Source: Octopus sinensis (lineage: Eukaryota). From it: 64,000 nucleotides of DNA. Made by a program: the position numbers and the translations under genes. The notes beneath the pieces are model-generated. The model saw only the letters and a list, made by a program, of their open reading frames with translations. It was not told the origin of the DNA and did no database searches. The stretch is taken from positions 58,528,001 to 58,592,000 of the forward strand of contig NC_043006.1 of the NCBI RefSeq assembly GCF_006345805.1, in the 5' to 3' direction. Shown one piece after another: positions 49,321-61,789 of the stretch (positions are counted from its first letter, which is position 1; every line of letters starts with the position of its first letter).

Positions 49321-51371
49321 TTTCCATTAATAAAAAGTTGTTGTTGTTGTTGCTATGTAAATATACACACACACTCACACACACACACAAACAAACATAC
49401 ACACACGTATATGGGAGTGTGTGGGGGGAATGTGTAGAAGAAGAGGTAGGAAGTGTGTGTGTGTGTGTATTTGTCCCGTGTCTTGATATCATACGCATGA
49501 TATCATTCATTTCCAACCTTCCATTAATAAAAAAAAAGTTTGACCATAGGGAGTTTAGAAAACAAGTGAGGGTTAGTGACAGGAAGGGTGTCCAACCATA
49601 ACAAATCTGCCTCAATAAATTCTGACCAACCCATGCAAGCATGGAAAAGTGTATGTTAAAATGGTGGTGTGGTGGTGGTGGTGGTGGTGAGAAGGAGGAG
49701 GAGGAGGATACCTGTCTCCAAAATTTGTCGGATTTTGCCAATGCTAGAAGTCAATATGACTAATTATTTCTAAATATCATTGGCAGCTTTACAAGTTACT
49801 AAAAAAAAAAAAATTATGGGCGCTACACTTAAATATATTTAATTAATAATTCAGATAATTTGATTAAGTAATTTCGTGAAATGAAAGCATTTCGCCTGGT
49901 GGGGGGGGGGTAATGGTGGTCATCATTGTGGTGGTGCTGTTGTTGTTGTTGTTGTTGTTGTTTATGTTGTGTTTTTGCTGTTGTTACTGTCAATGTTCCT
50001 GTTTAACCCTAGGTCAGAATTCATCAACAAATCTATGATCAAAAGCATTCTCACACTAACTATCTTGTCTTTTGTTTTTTTGTTTGTTTTCCTTCAGTCA
50101 TTGTCTATCTAAGATCACATTATCAAACATGGACTTGCATTTTTTTATATATAAGTTATGAGTTTAGTAAGATTTGGTCGCTATTTTTAGCAGACCATAT
50201 GTTTGTATAGATGTTTCTTCACTCAGTCATCATTCCATTAGATGAAGAGTGTTTTAAGTAAACTCCACCAAAAAATAAACCCAATTTTCTTAAATCGAAA
50301 TCAAATTCGATGACTGGCATCCATGCTAGTGGAGCGCTAAGAGCACCATCCGAGCGTGATTGTTGCTAGAGCAGCTGACTGGCTTCCGTGCCGGTGGCAC
50401 GTAAAAAGCACCATTCAAGCGTGATCATTACCAGCATTGCCCCTCTGGCACGTGAAAAAACATCCGTGTATCATACAAAATGTATACATATTTTTAAAAG
50501 ACATAATGCTATGGAATTGTCTCACACAAAATCCTTTCATAGAATTGTTGTGTTAAAATCACAATTTATATCAAAGCAAAGGGAACCTCATCGCAACAGT
50601 GACTCTTGAGAGTGTTAGACACCTTCTTGGGTCTTGTCAGCAATGTGTACCCATTTGTCATATGCTTGAATGAAATTTATGCCTCGATATAGGAATCAGT
50701 GAATAATACATTCACTGATATTGCAGAATGCTTGCCAGGTTGTGAAAAATTTAGTGCAAGCAATTCAAACATTATTATATTAAAATTGCTGTCTGTGTAA
50801 CATACTAAAGGCATACACACAGCAGGAAGGCATGCTGCTGTGGAATTATCTGAGAGAAAATCTCCTTTTAGACATGTTTTGCTAAAAATACATACATTTA
50901 GTATAATAGACTCATGGTTATTTTAAGTTAATACTGTCTGTTTCAGTTGGACTCACCAAATATCAATATGTAGAGACTTATAAACATCACACTTATAACA
51001 TACAAATGTGACAGTTACCATATAAGTGATGTAACACACTTTGGTCTAGTTCACCTGTATGTATATTAGGATCATGGAGAGGTAGTGATCAACATCAGCA
51101 GCAGCATCATAACCATCATCATCATCACCATCATTATCATCATCACTATCATCATCATCACCACCACCACCATGATAACCACTACCATCATCATCATCAT
51201 CATCATCATTACTTATATTTCTAATGCTTTTTTTTTTATAAAGGTATAATTATCACAGCATTAATTTCTTTCTCTATACATCTGAGACACTTGCATATGT
51301 CCCAGCTCAAATATATTTTTTTGCTACTGTTTCAAATTTGTATGATTAAAACATTAATTCCTCCTTTTCAG

Positions 51372-51452
51372 ATCAATATAACTGGTGGAGCAATGAACCC
51401 TTGTCGAGCGTTTGGTCCTGCTGTCATCACTGGAGTCTGGACTGCTCACTGG
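51372..51452 (+). CDS. AQP: Aquaporin coding exon 2 (aa 208-234, INITGGAMNPCRAFGPAVITGVWTAHW)
   Basis: Found by eye (too short for the ORF track). An 81-nt exon between ctccttttcAG and TGG|GTAAGT, phase 0/0, encoding the second NPA-type box (NPC-R). Confidence 0.95.
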
Positions 51453-51762
51453 GTAAGTAAACAAACATAAGAGAAGAGCTTCATGCAACAGCCCCAATAG
51501 TTTAAACCCAAAAGTACCATTTAACAAGAGTAATTTCATTTGACTATATTCCCAGAAGCAGGCAGTTACACAGCTTTGTGCTTATGTACAATCGAGAGAT
51601 GTAAGGAGTCAATGGTTGGTGTGTTTATAATATGCGCATGATACTCACTGCAATGCCTCAGCGAAAAAAAAGAAATATGATTTAAATTCGCTTTGTGTAT
51701 ATATTCATGTGTGGTGCATGCTGATATGTAAAACTGTGTGTATGGTTTTTTTAGAATTCGGG

Positions 51763-51794
<32 letters not shown>

Positions 51795-51795
<1 letters not shown>

Positions 51796-52035
51796 GTTTA
51801 ACGTCCGTTTTCCATGCTAGCATGGGTTGGACAGTTCAACTGGGTTCTGGGAAGCCAGAAGGCTGCGCCAGGCCCAGTCTGAACTAGCAGTGGATGCCCT
51901 TCCTAATGCCAACCACTCCGTGAATGTAGTGGGTGCTTTTTACGTGCCACCTGCACAGGTGCCAGACGAGGCTGGCAAACAGCCACGATCGGATGGTGCT
52001 TTTTACGTGCCACCAGCACGGAGGCCAGTCGGGGT
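51795..52035 (-). mobile_element. SINE family E
   Basis: Same module. Confidence 0.8.
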
Positions 52036-52630
52036 GTACTTACAATTATCCTTACGAGGTAGAGTGGCGTGTTTTCAATCGTTGTTGCTACACGTGGTAA
52101 CACAAAGATTTATGACAAGGTGACACACAATTATTTTCTTTTCCTAGAATTATTAAAGGTACTGTTCCATTATCCAAGGAATGTATTGTGTACTTAATGT
52201 CAGTATCCGTCCTCTAGTTTATGGGAAAAAAAAATACAAAGATCCTTGTAGAGAGCTGTGCATTTCACAGTTCCAGCGACGTGGTGGTGGTATGTAGACC
52301 CAGCAAACATATTGGCAGAAACATCATTATTTTTAGCCATAAATGCAAAAACGTGGTCAAAGAAAATGATGCCCAGAAAAGCATACTTGTGAACTGAAAG
52401 AATCAGCAAATCAGTTTGTGTGTGGGTTCTCTGTTGTAGGGAATTAGTAATAATGGTACACCCCTCCCACATGATGAATGGAATAATCTAGTCAATATAA
52501 GTAAGAAGTATGTGAAATACCAGAGTATCTAGTAGACAGTCAGAGATAATTGTGTCTTTACTGGTTTCATTAAGTATAGTGTATACCGAAGTGGGCATCA
52601 TAACAAGCCAGCATTGTAAGGATACAACAG

Positions 52631-54975
52631 TGGTGATGAGGATTTAAACAACTCACGAGGAATCAATAAACTCAACAAGGATTTAAACAACTCATGAGGA
52701 ATTAACAACTCACGAGGAGTTAACAAACTCATAAAAGTTTTTGTGCACATTTTATGAAAAAAATAAAATTATGGGAAATTTGTTGGCCGATTTGCTCAAG
52801 TTGCAAAAACAGCAACAACAGCAACTGCAATAACAACATCTGAAGCAACAACAGCAGCAGAGTGGAGGCGCAATGGCCTAGTGGTTAGGGCAGTGGACTC
52901 GCAGTCGTAAGAATGTGGGGGGTGGAAGAATCCCGCTGTACTCTTTCACCACAACTTTCTCTCACTCTTTCTTTCTACTTTTGCCACAAAGCAGAGGAAC
53001 CATGGTGTAACCCACTATGGTGTGGTAAACTTTCAGACCCTAGTCTAGATTGTGAATCCTCTGTACCCCAGGATGGTTCAGCTCTCCACCCGTTAAAAGC
53101 CACCGTTTACGGAATGAGGATAACGGCGTAGCTTTCGCACCCGTGCAACCGCCAGTCTATCGCGTCTGGTGGGTGGATCTTCAAGTTGCCACACACATTG
53201 TTAGTAGCTTAGAATAGGCTCGAATTAAAGATTATTCTTTGTGGCTAATGGCATGAATCCTGATTGGAAGAAGAAGAAGACAGCAGCAGATACAACTGCG
53301 AGAGCAGCAATAGAAGCAACAGCAAAAACAAATAATATTACAGCAACAAATGCTGCAATTACTGAAGTCATCAGGAAAGTCAGAAAAAGTGTTCTTGACA
53401 GACTATGTTATGAACTCCTTAACAGAGTTCAAATACGAACCTGATAAAGGAGTTACTTTTGAAGCATTCTACAGAAGATATGAGCAAATCTTTGAGAAAG
53501 AATGTAAAAATTGGGACGAGATGAAAAATAGGTGACAACAGAACACGGACGATACAGTACTCCCAAGAAAACCTTCGGACATAAGCTTTAGTTTCGAGGT
53601 ATTTGCCCCTTATCAATGTGGAGTAGCCAAACCCAGCTCATTGTTGAACATATGTTGGAATTGTTTGAATGCAGAGAAAATCAACAATGAGGATTACAAC
53701 ACATATGCTGGTAGAGTAAACAGGGAATACAAGAAGTTTGAGCTGGATGAATTTATGCCAGATATGTTCAACTGCCTGATTTTTACACAGGAGCATGCTG
53801 CCAAAAAGGACGCAGAAGTTAGAACTACAATTCTTGCAAAGCTGGAACAAAAATAGGATGTAACCCTACTGCAAACGTCAGAAGAATGTGAAAGGATAGC
53901 CAAATTAAGACACAACACAGAGGAAATTGAACATAAAGATTATTTCCAAGTAAAGCAAGTGTGAAATAATCAGAATAGAGATAAAGAGTTTTCTAAAAAA
54001 GACAACAAAGATCAGGAAATAAACTCATGTTGTGCATATGGAGATATACACTGGAGGAAAAACTGTCCCTTTAAAAAAGCAGAGTAGTTCCATTGTGGAA
54101 ATAGAGGATGTATAAAGATGCACAGTAGAACGAAGATGACAAAACATCAGAACAAAGAAAAAAGAATGAATAGTACGTCATCAGAAGAAATTGGTAATAT
54201 AACAATGAGGAAATTCATGAAGGTGAAAATCAGAAATACAAGTGTTAAAATGAAATTAGACACAGGAAGTGATATCATCATTATAAGCGAAAATACTTGG
54301 AAATATGTCGGTAAGCTGAAATTAATTAAGTCTAAAAATGTAACACATGGTTTTTACAGGAAAAAGATTATATTTTTCGGTGAATTCATATGTAATGTAA
54401 CATTTCAAGGTCAAACAAAAAAGGCAAAGATATACATATTAAAAGATTCACTTAATATATTTGGCACAGAATGGATGGAACTATTCAAATTGAGGGATAT
54501 GCCCATAAGTGATTTGTGTGGAAATATAGTCGGTTCAGTTGACGGTCTGAATGCGGCTGAGGGACTAAAACAAAAAAATGCAGTAAAACAGAGTGGAAAA
54601 CCTGTATGTAAGCCAAAACGAAATTTAAAATTTGCCACAATAAAAAATAAACATTGTTCAAAAGTAGGTATTCCATGGTCGAGAATACACATTGATGTTG
54701 CTGGTCCTTAAAAAGGTTATTACTACTTAGTGATAGTTAATAGTTTCTCAAAATGGCCAGAAATTTGTAAGTGTAAAAAAAACCAACCTCCACAATGGTG
54801 ATAAACTTTTTACACACAATGTTTACTAGATTTGACATCCCAGATAAGTTAGTGCCTGACAATGAAATACAACTTATGTCTAGTGAATTTTTAAAATGTT
54901 GTGAAACGTTTGCTGTAGAACATGTAACTACAGCACCATACCATCCCAGACATAATGGACAGGCAGAACGCCTGT
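52631..54975 (+). mobile_element. Gypsy (Mag-like) retrotransposon remnant: gag-PR-IN with RT and RNase H missing
   Basis: ACAACA-g-TGGTGATGAGGAT (LTR end plus PBS-like motif). Gag NSLTEFKYEPDKGVTFEAFYRRYE, protease LDTGSD, then directly PWSRIHIDVAGP and TTAPYHPRHNGQAER. Confidence 0.88.
52863..52978 (+). mobile_element. SINE family D fragment interrupting Gypsy gag
   Basis: Head match; splits a poly-Q gag N-terminus. Confidence 0.7.
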
Positions 54976-55462
54976 CAATACCTTCAAATATATATCTATA
55001 TATATATATATACATATATCAGAGGGAGATGAAAAATTATCTTGACAGTGGTTAGCAAGAATGCCAGATGCCTTTCAACCTTCTTGGGCCTTGTCAATGA
55101 TGTGTACTTGTATGTATGACTTGTGCTGTGATTTTGTTTAAAGTGAAGAAAAGTTGCATATTGTGAATCTCACTCTTTTATTTGTGACCACCTACAATCC
55201 AGTGACAAGGCCAGATCCAGATGATTAAGGATGAAGATAAATGCAGTAAATGACCACAATGTCATATTTACCTCATCTTCCTCTCTGCACTCCACAGTGC
55301 ATTGTTGCAACCTTCTTCTCCTTTGAACCATGAAGATTTCTTCTACATAGACTCAAAATCCTAAAGACCTTTTCCATTTTTCCTTGGTGTAAACCTATAT
55401 CCTCTTTGTTGTTCTTTCACCTCATCTTTGAGTTTTTTGTTTTGTTTTGTTTTTTCTTGAGC

Positions 55463-55632
55463 CATACATACATACATACATACATACATACATACATACA
55501 TACATACATACATACATACAAACATACATACATACATACATACATACAAACATACATACATACATACATACATACATACATACATACATACATACATACA
55601 TACAAACATACATACATACATACATACATACA
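55463..55632. repeat. (CATA)n microsatellite with CAAA variants
   Basis: Directly visible. Confidence 0.95.
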
Positions 55633-55941
55633 TTACAGATCTAATCCATCACTGGAACAGTAAAAATCTGTAAAACTTTTCAGAAGTTTATCATTTAAAT
55701 ATATATGAGCATGTCTAGATATGCAACTATATGCATGAGAATACATACAAAAAACAAAACATACAAATTTTCACATATACATACATACAAACAAAAATAC
55801 CCTGTTGTTGATGTTAAAATTCCAATGAAGGAGCCTTGAATCTAGGTTAGAAACTGGCTCTTTCTCTATTGGCAAAAAGTCTTGAAATAAAACTGAACAA
55901 TGACATCCATCCAACTATCCATCCATCCATCCATCCATCCA

Positions 55942-55975
<34 letters not shown>

Positions 55976-56298
55976 GGCAGCTGAATTTAGGTAGGGGAGG
56001 GAGAGTTTTGAAGATGATCCAGGGTCTGCACATCTTGCAACTGTCACAATCAAAGAAAACAGAGCAGAAGAGGAGGAGGAGGAGGAGCAGGGTACATGAT
56101 CTATAAGTTCAACATTAGTTCACCATAATAAATGGTGAACTTATGATGAACTCCTGCTGACCTCTACAATGATACACAACTTTTGTTCTCTGTCCCTCAG
56201 AACAATATCAGGTCTGTGGTGTTTGAAACTGCTTCTTGTTATCGGAACGCATAGTTTATCCATTCATTTTTATTGGTCTTCTTATTATTTCCATACAG

Positions 56299-56496
56299 GC
56301 CTACTGGATTGGTCCACTAACCGGCAGTATCATAGGGTCAGTATTATACGACAAGGTATTCTCAACCAGAAAAACTGACAGCCTTTCCTACCGATGTTGT
56401 CTGAGGAAACGAGACAAGAACGATGCCCCATCTCGAAGCCCTAGTGCAGAAGAAATACCAATGAAAAATGAAATAACTGATGTTGATGCTGCATGA
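56299..56496 (+). CDS. AQP: Aquaporin coding exon 3 (aa 235-299, AYWIGPLTGSIIGSVLYDKVF...DVDAA*)
   Basis: Acceptor ttattatttccatacAG, then YWIGP (TM6). In frame with exon 2; ends TGA TAA. Confidence 0.93.
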   Translation, partial: AYWIGPLTGSIIGSVLYDKVFSTRKTDSLSYRCCLRKRDKNDAPSRSPSAEEIPMKNEITDVDAA

Positions 56497-56595
56497 TAAC
56501 CAGCGTTGCATGAACACCAAAAATGCTTTGTCATTAATAACTTGGTAAATTTCAGCGCTCTTAACTCTCCTAACTGGATTTTATTCTTCCATTCC

Positions 56596-56601
56596 AATAA
56601 A
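56596..56601 (+). promoter_or_regulatory. Candidate polyadenylation signal for the aquaporin
   Basis: First AATAAA about 100 nt after the stop, with U-rich sequence downstream. Other AATAAA motifs occur further on. Confidence 0.3.
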
Positions 56602-57739
56602 CCAACAGTTCCAAATCTTTTAGTATCACAACTCATACTGGCAAAACAAAATTTCTTTTTTTTTATATATATATTTAAATGTAAAATATAAAGAAAAGCA
56701 ATTATCCAAAAATTTTATAAAATTTATATTTGATACTTTTGCTAAAATATTCCTTACTTTCTGTTTGAGGTAAGTGTTGCATTGTGATTCTAATGATGCC
56801 AATGGCTTGTTAACCTTTTTGTTGCCATATTTCTGCTGAAATATAGAACTTTTCCTTCAATTAATTTTTTAACTAATTAAGAATTTAGCACAAGAATTTT
56901 GTCATTATTAAGCTGGTGCTTGGAACTTACATTAACATGAAATTTTGATGGACGATTTCAATATAGACTGTTTTAAGAGAGGATGCTTGTGTCCTAGAAC
57001 CAGGAGTAGTTTCAGGTGGGTTGGTAACAAAAGGGTTAAAAAACACATTTTCATAGAACATTTTACATTTCATCAAAGACTAACTCTTTTTAGAATTATA
57101 TTGTGACCCAATTTGAGCTGCAACTCATATTTAGGAACCAATGCAATTACCATTAGACCAGCTGCTAAAACTGTTTTCGTGACTACATGAAGAAAAACTT
57201 AGGCAATATAATTAATATTGTACATGATGCTTTCATTTAGCAGAAATATATTTGATATGGAAAACTGGAAAAATGTTATTTTTTTGTTTTTAATTTTTTC
57301 TTTTCTTTTTTTTTTAAGAAAATATCTAAACAGATGTCTTTATAAATAATGATGTTGAAGATGATAATAAAATTCTATAAATTGATTTATATATATATAT
57401 ATATATTTATAAATTTATGTATTTGTTTTGCAAGTTTTCTGATGTGTAATCATGTGTTGAATCATGTGTTGTTATATTTAGGGACGGTCAATTTTTTTCT
57501 TGCCAAATAAACACACACACTGTGTATTCATTCTTCACTTGCTCTTATTTTATGTCCATTGTCTGGAAATCTTTCATCACACATCCTTTGACCTCTTCAG
57601 TGACACTCCATCCCAATAATTATTCTCTCCATCCAGAATGATAACAAAGCTGAAGTGAAGAACAAGTTTATAGAGTGGTTAATTTGACAAAAATTGAATT
57701 TGACCATCTCCAAATAAAACCATATTTATAAATTGTTAT

Positions 57740-57740
<1 letters not shown>

Positions 57741-57791
<51 letters not shown>

Positions 57792-58535
57792 AATTATTGT
57801 ATTCAGTGCTCAGGTGCACCACAACTTGTCAAAAGTGCATATAAAGTATATGCAGTAATGTACAAATATCTAGGAAGTGAACAGTGTATGTGTCAGATAC
57901 ATGCTTGCATGTGTATGGAGGGGAGAAAATCAAGTGTAGTGCTGGTGAATCTCAGGAAGCATGGAAGCTTTGAAGGATGCAGTGCTCCAACAACTAACAA
58001 CTGATGCTGGCAGTTTGTTCCATACTTCAGCAACTCTTAGCATGAAAAAATGTTTCCGGAAGTCATGGGAGCTGTACTGTTTTCTGACTTTGTAAACATG
58101 TCCACAGGTGTTAGACAGGTGGAGTTTGAAAAGGTGCTCAGAGTTATTGTTAGTAAGGTGGTTAATAATTTTATGGGTGTCTGCCAAGTCAGCTGTCAGA
58201 CGTCGAAGTTTCAATGTATCCATGCCCAGGGAAGTAAGGCATTCAGAATATGGCAAAATGCCTGATGGAGGGTATTCTCTTGGTTACACATCACTGAACA
58301 GTTTCCAGACAATTAATATCCTGGGCAAGATAGGGGTTCCAGACCACTGATGCAAATTCCAGGTGAGGTTGCACCATAGCTATATAAAGCTGCAGATAGA
58401 TAGCCAGAGAGTGGCTCACAAAGGACTTGATGAGTGATGCCAAGACATCCTCAGCCTTCTTGGCAATTTTAGCAATGTGTTTTGTCCAACACAAGTCGCT
58501 GTTGACAATAATGCCCAGGTCACATTCACATATTA
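57741..58535 (-). mobile_element. CR1-clade LINE, 5'-truncated 3' end with (TTA)n tail
   Basis: VQPHLEFASVVWNPY and RKHFFMLRVAEVWNKLP; homologous to 63070-63835. Confidence 0.9.
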
Positions 58536-58646
58536 GAGGACTACACCAATACTTTTCTTTCTTACTAGCTATTTTGTGATATTTCTTCTCTCTCTTTGTG
58601 TTTTATGTTCAAATCCTACCATGGCCTACTTGAAAAGTTAAAATAA

Positions 58647-59028
58647 CAGGAGCGGCTGTGTGGTAAGTAGCTTGCTTATGAACCACATGGTTCCGGTTTC
58701 ATTCCCACTGTGTGGCACCTTGGGCAAGTGTCTTCTACTATAGCCTCGGGCCAACCAAAGCCTTGTGAGTGGATTTGGTAGACGGAAACTGAAAGAAGCC
58801 CATTGTATATATGTATATATATGTGTGTGTGTGTGTGTGTGTTTGTCCCCCAACATCGCTTGACAACCGATGCCGGTGTGTTTACGTACCCGTAACTTAG
58901 CGGTTCAGCAAAAGAGACCGATAGAATAAGTACTAGGCTTACAAAGAATATAGTCCTGGGTCAATTTGCTCAACTAGAGGCGATGCTCCAGCATGGCCAC
59001 AGTCAAATGACTGAAACAAGTAAAAGAG
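58647..59028 (+). mobile_element. SINE family A, full length
   Basis: Match to the family. Confidence 0.88.
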
Positions 59029-59163
59029 TAACAAATAATGAAGACAGAGAATTTCTCACAATGCAAAAAGGGTAAGTTAAAAAAACAAACACCCTTTATA
59101 TATTTTAGTCACAGAGGTCCATCATCAGAAATGAATAGTTTAGAAATGTGAGTTTATGTAGAT

Positions 59164-59778
59164 CAGTATTTTTCAACCATTTTTTTTTTTTTCACCTATG
59201 GACCCCCTTGTTCCTGTTTCACTCAAATGGACCCTCCTAGGCATTCAATGTTTCAAAAATTATATCATATCGTTATAATTAAATATTATTAGGAATTGTT
59301 TTTAAAAAATTGTTGAAATATTTTGTGTACTATTCTTTTATTCTTTTCCTTGTTTCAGTCATTTAACTGTGGCCATCCTAGAGCACCACCTCGAAGAGTT
59401 TTGATCAAAGAAATCAACCCCAGGACTTATTTTTAAGCCTAGTACTTATTATATCAGTCTCTTTTGCTGAACAGCTAAGTTACAGAGGCATAAACACATC
59501 AACACCAGTTGTCAGGCAGTGATGAGGGAACAAACACAGACACAAAGACACACACACACAGATATATACATACATATATATATATCCGTCATCGTCACCG
59601 TGACCGACCAGGCTATCAGATGTTGCGGCACATCACTGGTCACTATGAGCTTTGCATTGTTTTTAGCCTTCAAATGACACAACCCCGGTGGCTAAGCGAG
59701 CAGGCCATATATATATATATATATATATATATCGTCCAACCCATGCAAGCACGGAAAACGGACATTAAACAATGATGA

Positions 59779-59826
<48 letters not shown>

Positions 59827-60076
59827 TATATATATACACACACATATATATGATGGGCTTCTTTCAGATTCCATCAACCAAATCCTCTCTTGAGGCTTTG
59901 GTCAGCCTGAGGCTATAGTAGAAGACACTTGCCCAAGATGTCACACAGTGGGACTGAACCCAAAACCATGTATTTGGGAAGCAAGCTTCTTACCACGCAG
60001 CCACAATAAATTTTAACAACAAAAATCCTATGTGAATCCCCACAAGGGCCAAATGGACCCTGGTTGAGAACCACTA
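59164..60076. mobile_element. hAT-type MITE with nested SINEs
   Basis: TIRs CAGT.TTT.TCAACC and GGTTGAGAACCACTA; 8-bp TSD ATGTAGAT at 59156-59163 and 60077-60084. Confidence 0.8.
59341..60004 (-). mobile_element. SINE family A nested in the hAT MITE, carrying tails of two other SINE families
   Basis: Tail at 59341-59560 and head at 59850-60004, with nested fragments between them. Confidence 0.75.
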
Positions 60077-60276
60077 ATGTAGATCCTGCCATGTTGATTG
60101 CTGAATAGGTAGTGACAAACCTACTTTGTCTGCCCCCACCCAGTTTGTCAAATGGAATGATAGCAACAGCAGTTCTCCAAAAATAATGTTGCTGGCGGCT
60201 AAAGAAGTCAACTACAGTGGGGGTGGGGACAAGGATGGCTGGTTTGCTGTATGTTGACAGCAGTGGTGGTCATGAT

Positions 60277-60648
60277 CATCATCATCATCGTTTAACGTCC
60301 GTTTTCCGCACTAGCACGGGTTGGACGGTTCGACCGGGGTCTGGGGGGCCAGGGGCTGCCCCAGGCTCCAGTCTGATCTGGCAGTGTTTCTACAGCTGGA
60401 TGCCCTTCCTAACGCCAACCACTCCGCGAGTGTAGTGGGTGCTTTTTACGTGCCACCTGCACAGGTGCCAGAGGGGTCTGGCATCGGCCATGATCGGTTG
60501 GTGCTTCTTTTGTGCTACCAGCACAGAAGCCAGTCAAGGCGGTGCTGGCATCGGCCACGTTTGGATGGTGCTTTTTATGTGCCACCGGCACAGAAGCCAG
60601 TGGAGGCTGCACTGGCAATGGCCACATTCGGATGGTGCTTTTTATGTA
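60277..60648 (-). mobile_element. SINE family E with internal tandem repeats
   Basis: Same module, four GGTGCTTTTTA repeats. Confidence 0.8.
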
Positions 60649-61027
60649 GTATTTGTAGTAATGGGGGTCCGTAGCTTAGAAATACTGGGTTGACGTCCAG
60701 CGGGAACAGCTTTGTTTCATAGAGGAGGAAAGATCTTCTTTAGTACTTGGTTGTACAATGCTTTCCAATGTGTGTAGTAGTGGCGCGTGCACACATTATT
60801 AGCCATTTGAAAAGACTATGGAATTTAGTCTCGACCACGGTCGAACAATGATGATGATGAGTAATGGGGGTAGATGTTGTAGTAGTTGGTGTAAAGGGCC
60901 TGGGAGAAAATGACAAAATTCATCATTGTAGCAATGATGGTTTCAATCACAGCAGTGGCAAAGTTGGTGCATGCAGGCAACAATACTAATCATCATCATA
61001 GTGGTGATGATATTGCTTATGGCAAGA

Positions 61028-61605
61028 CAGCGAGCTGGCAGAAATGTTAGCACGCCGGGCGAAATGCTTAGCGGTATTTCGTCTCTCTTTACATTCTGAA
61101 TTCAAATTCTACCAAGGTCGACTTTGCCTTTCATCCTTCGGGGTCAATAAATTAAGTACCAGGTACGAACTGGGGTCGATATAATCGACTTAATACCTAT
61201 GTCTGTCCTTGTTTGTCCCCTCTATGTTTAGCCCCTTGTGGGCAGTAAAGAAATAGGTATTTCATCTCTCTTTACGTTCTGAGTTCAAATTCTACCAAGG
61301 TCGACTTTGCCTTTCATCCTTCGAGGTCAATAAATTAAGTACCAGGTACGAACTGGGGTCGATATAATAGACTTAATCCGTTTGTCTGTCCTTGTTTGTC
61401 CTCTCTGTGTTTAGCTCGTTGTGGGTAGTAAAGGAATGGGTATTTCGTCTTTCTTTACATTCTAAGTTCAAATTCCACCGAGGTCAACTTTGGTTTTCAT
61501 CCTTCGGGGCCAATAAATTAAGTACCAGTTACATACTAGGGTCGATCTAATTGACTGGCTTCCTCCCAAAAAATTTCGGCCCTTGTGTCTATAGTAGAAA
61601 AGAAA
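61028..61605 (+). mobile_element. SINE family B, head plus three tandem 183-bp units
   Basis: Units start at 61073, 61256 and 61439. Confidence 0.88.
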
Positions 61606-61789
61606 AGAAAAGAAAGAAATTGGTTATGGCAGTGGCAGCTCCAGCCAATTGTTAATTTTGGGGTTAAGTCGGAGAATCAATAAAGATTCCTTGATATGGA
61701 GGTTTCCAATAAAAACAAACTATGGGTTCTTACCTCAGAATCAAAACCTTAGTCTAAAGTTTTCCATAAAGTTTTCCATCGGTCCGACT

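Larger units (their letters stand above)
51453..56298 (+). other. Aquaporin intron 2 (4,846 bp, GT-AG)
   Basis: Joining the exons restores AHW|AYWIGP. Confidence 0.9.

Noticed and set aside
56236-56298. N-terminal part (MLSERIVYP...) of the 86-aa ORF
   Set aside because: This is the intronic pyrimidine tract before the acceptor; homology starts at AYWIGP.
61073-61605. CRISPR-like array (also considered for the 17-bp minisatellite)
   Set aside because: The repeats are contiguous units without unique spacers, there are no cas genes, and the context is eukaryotic.
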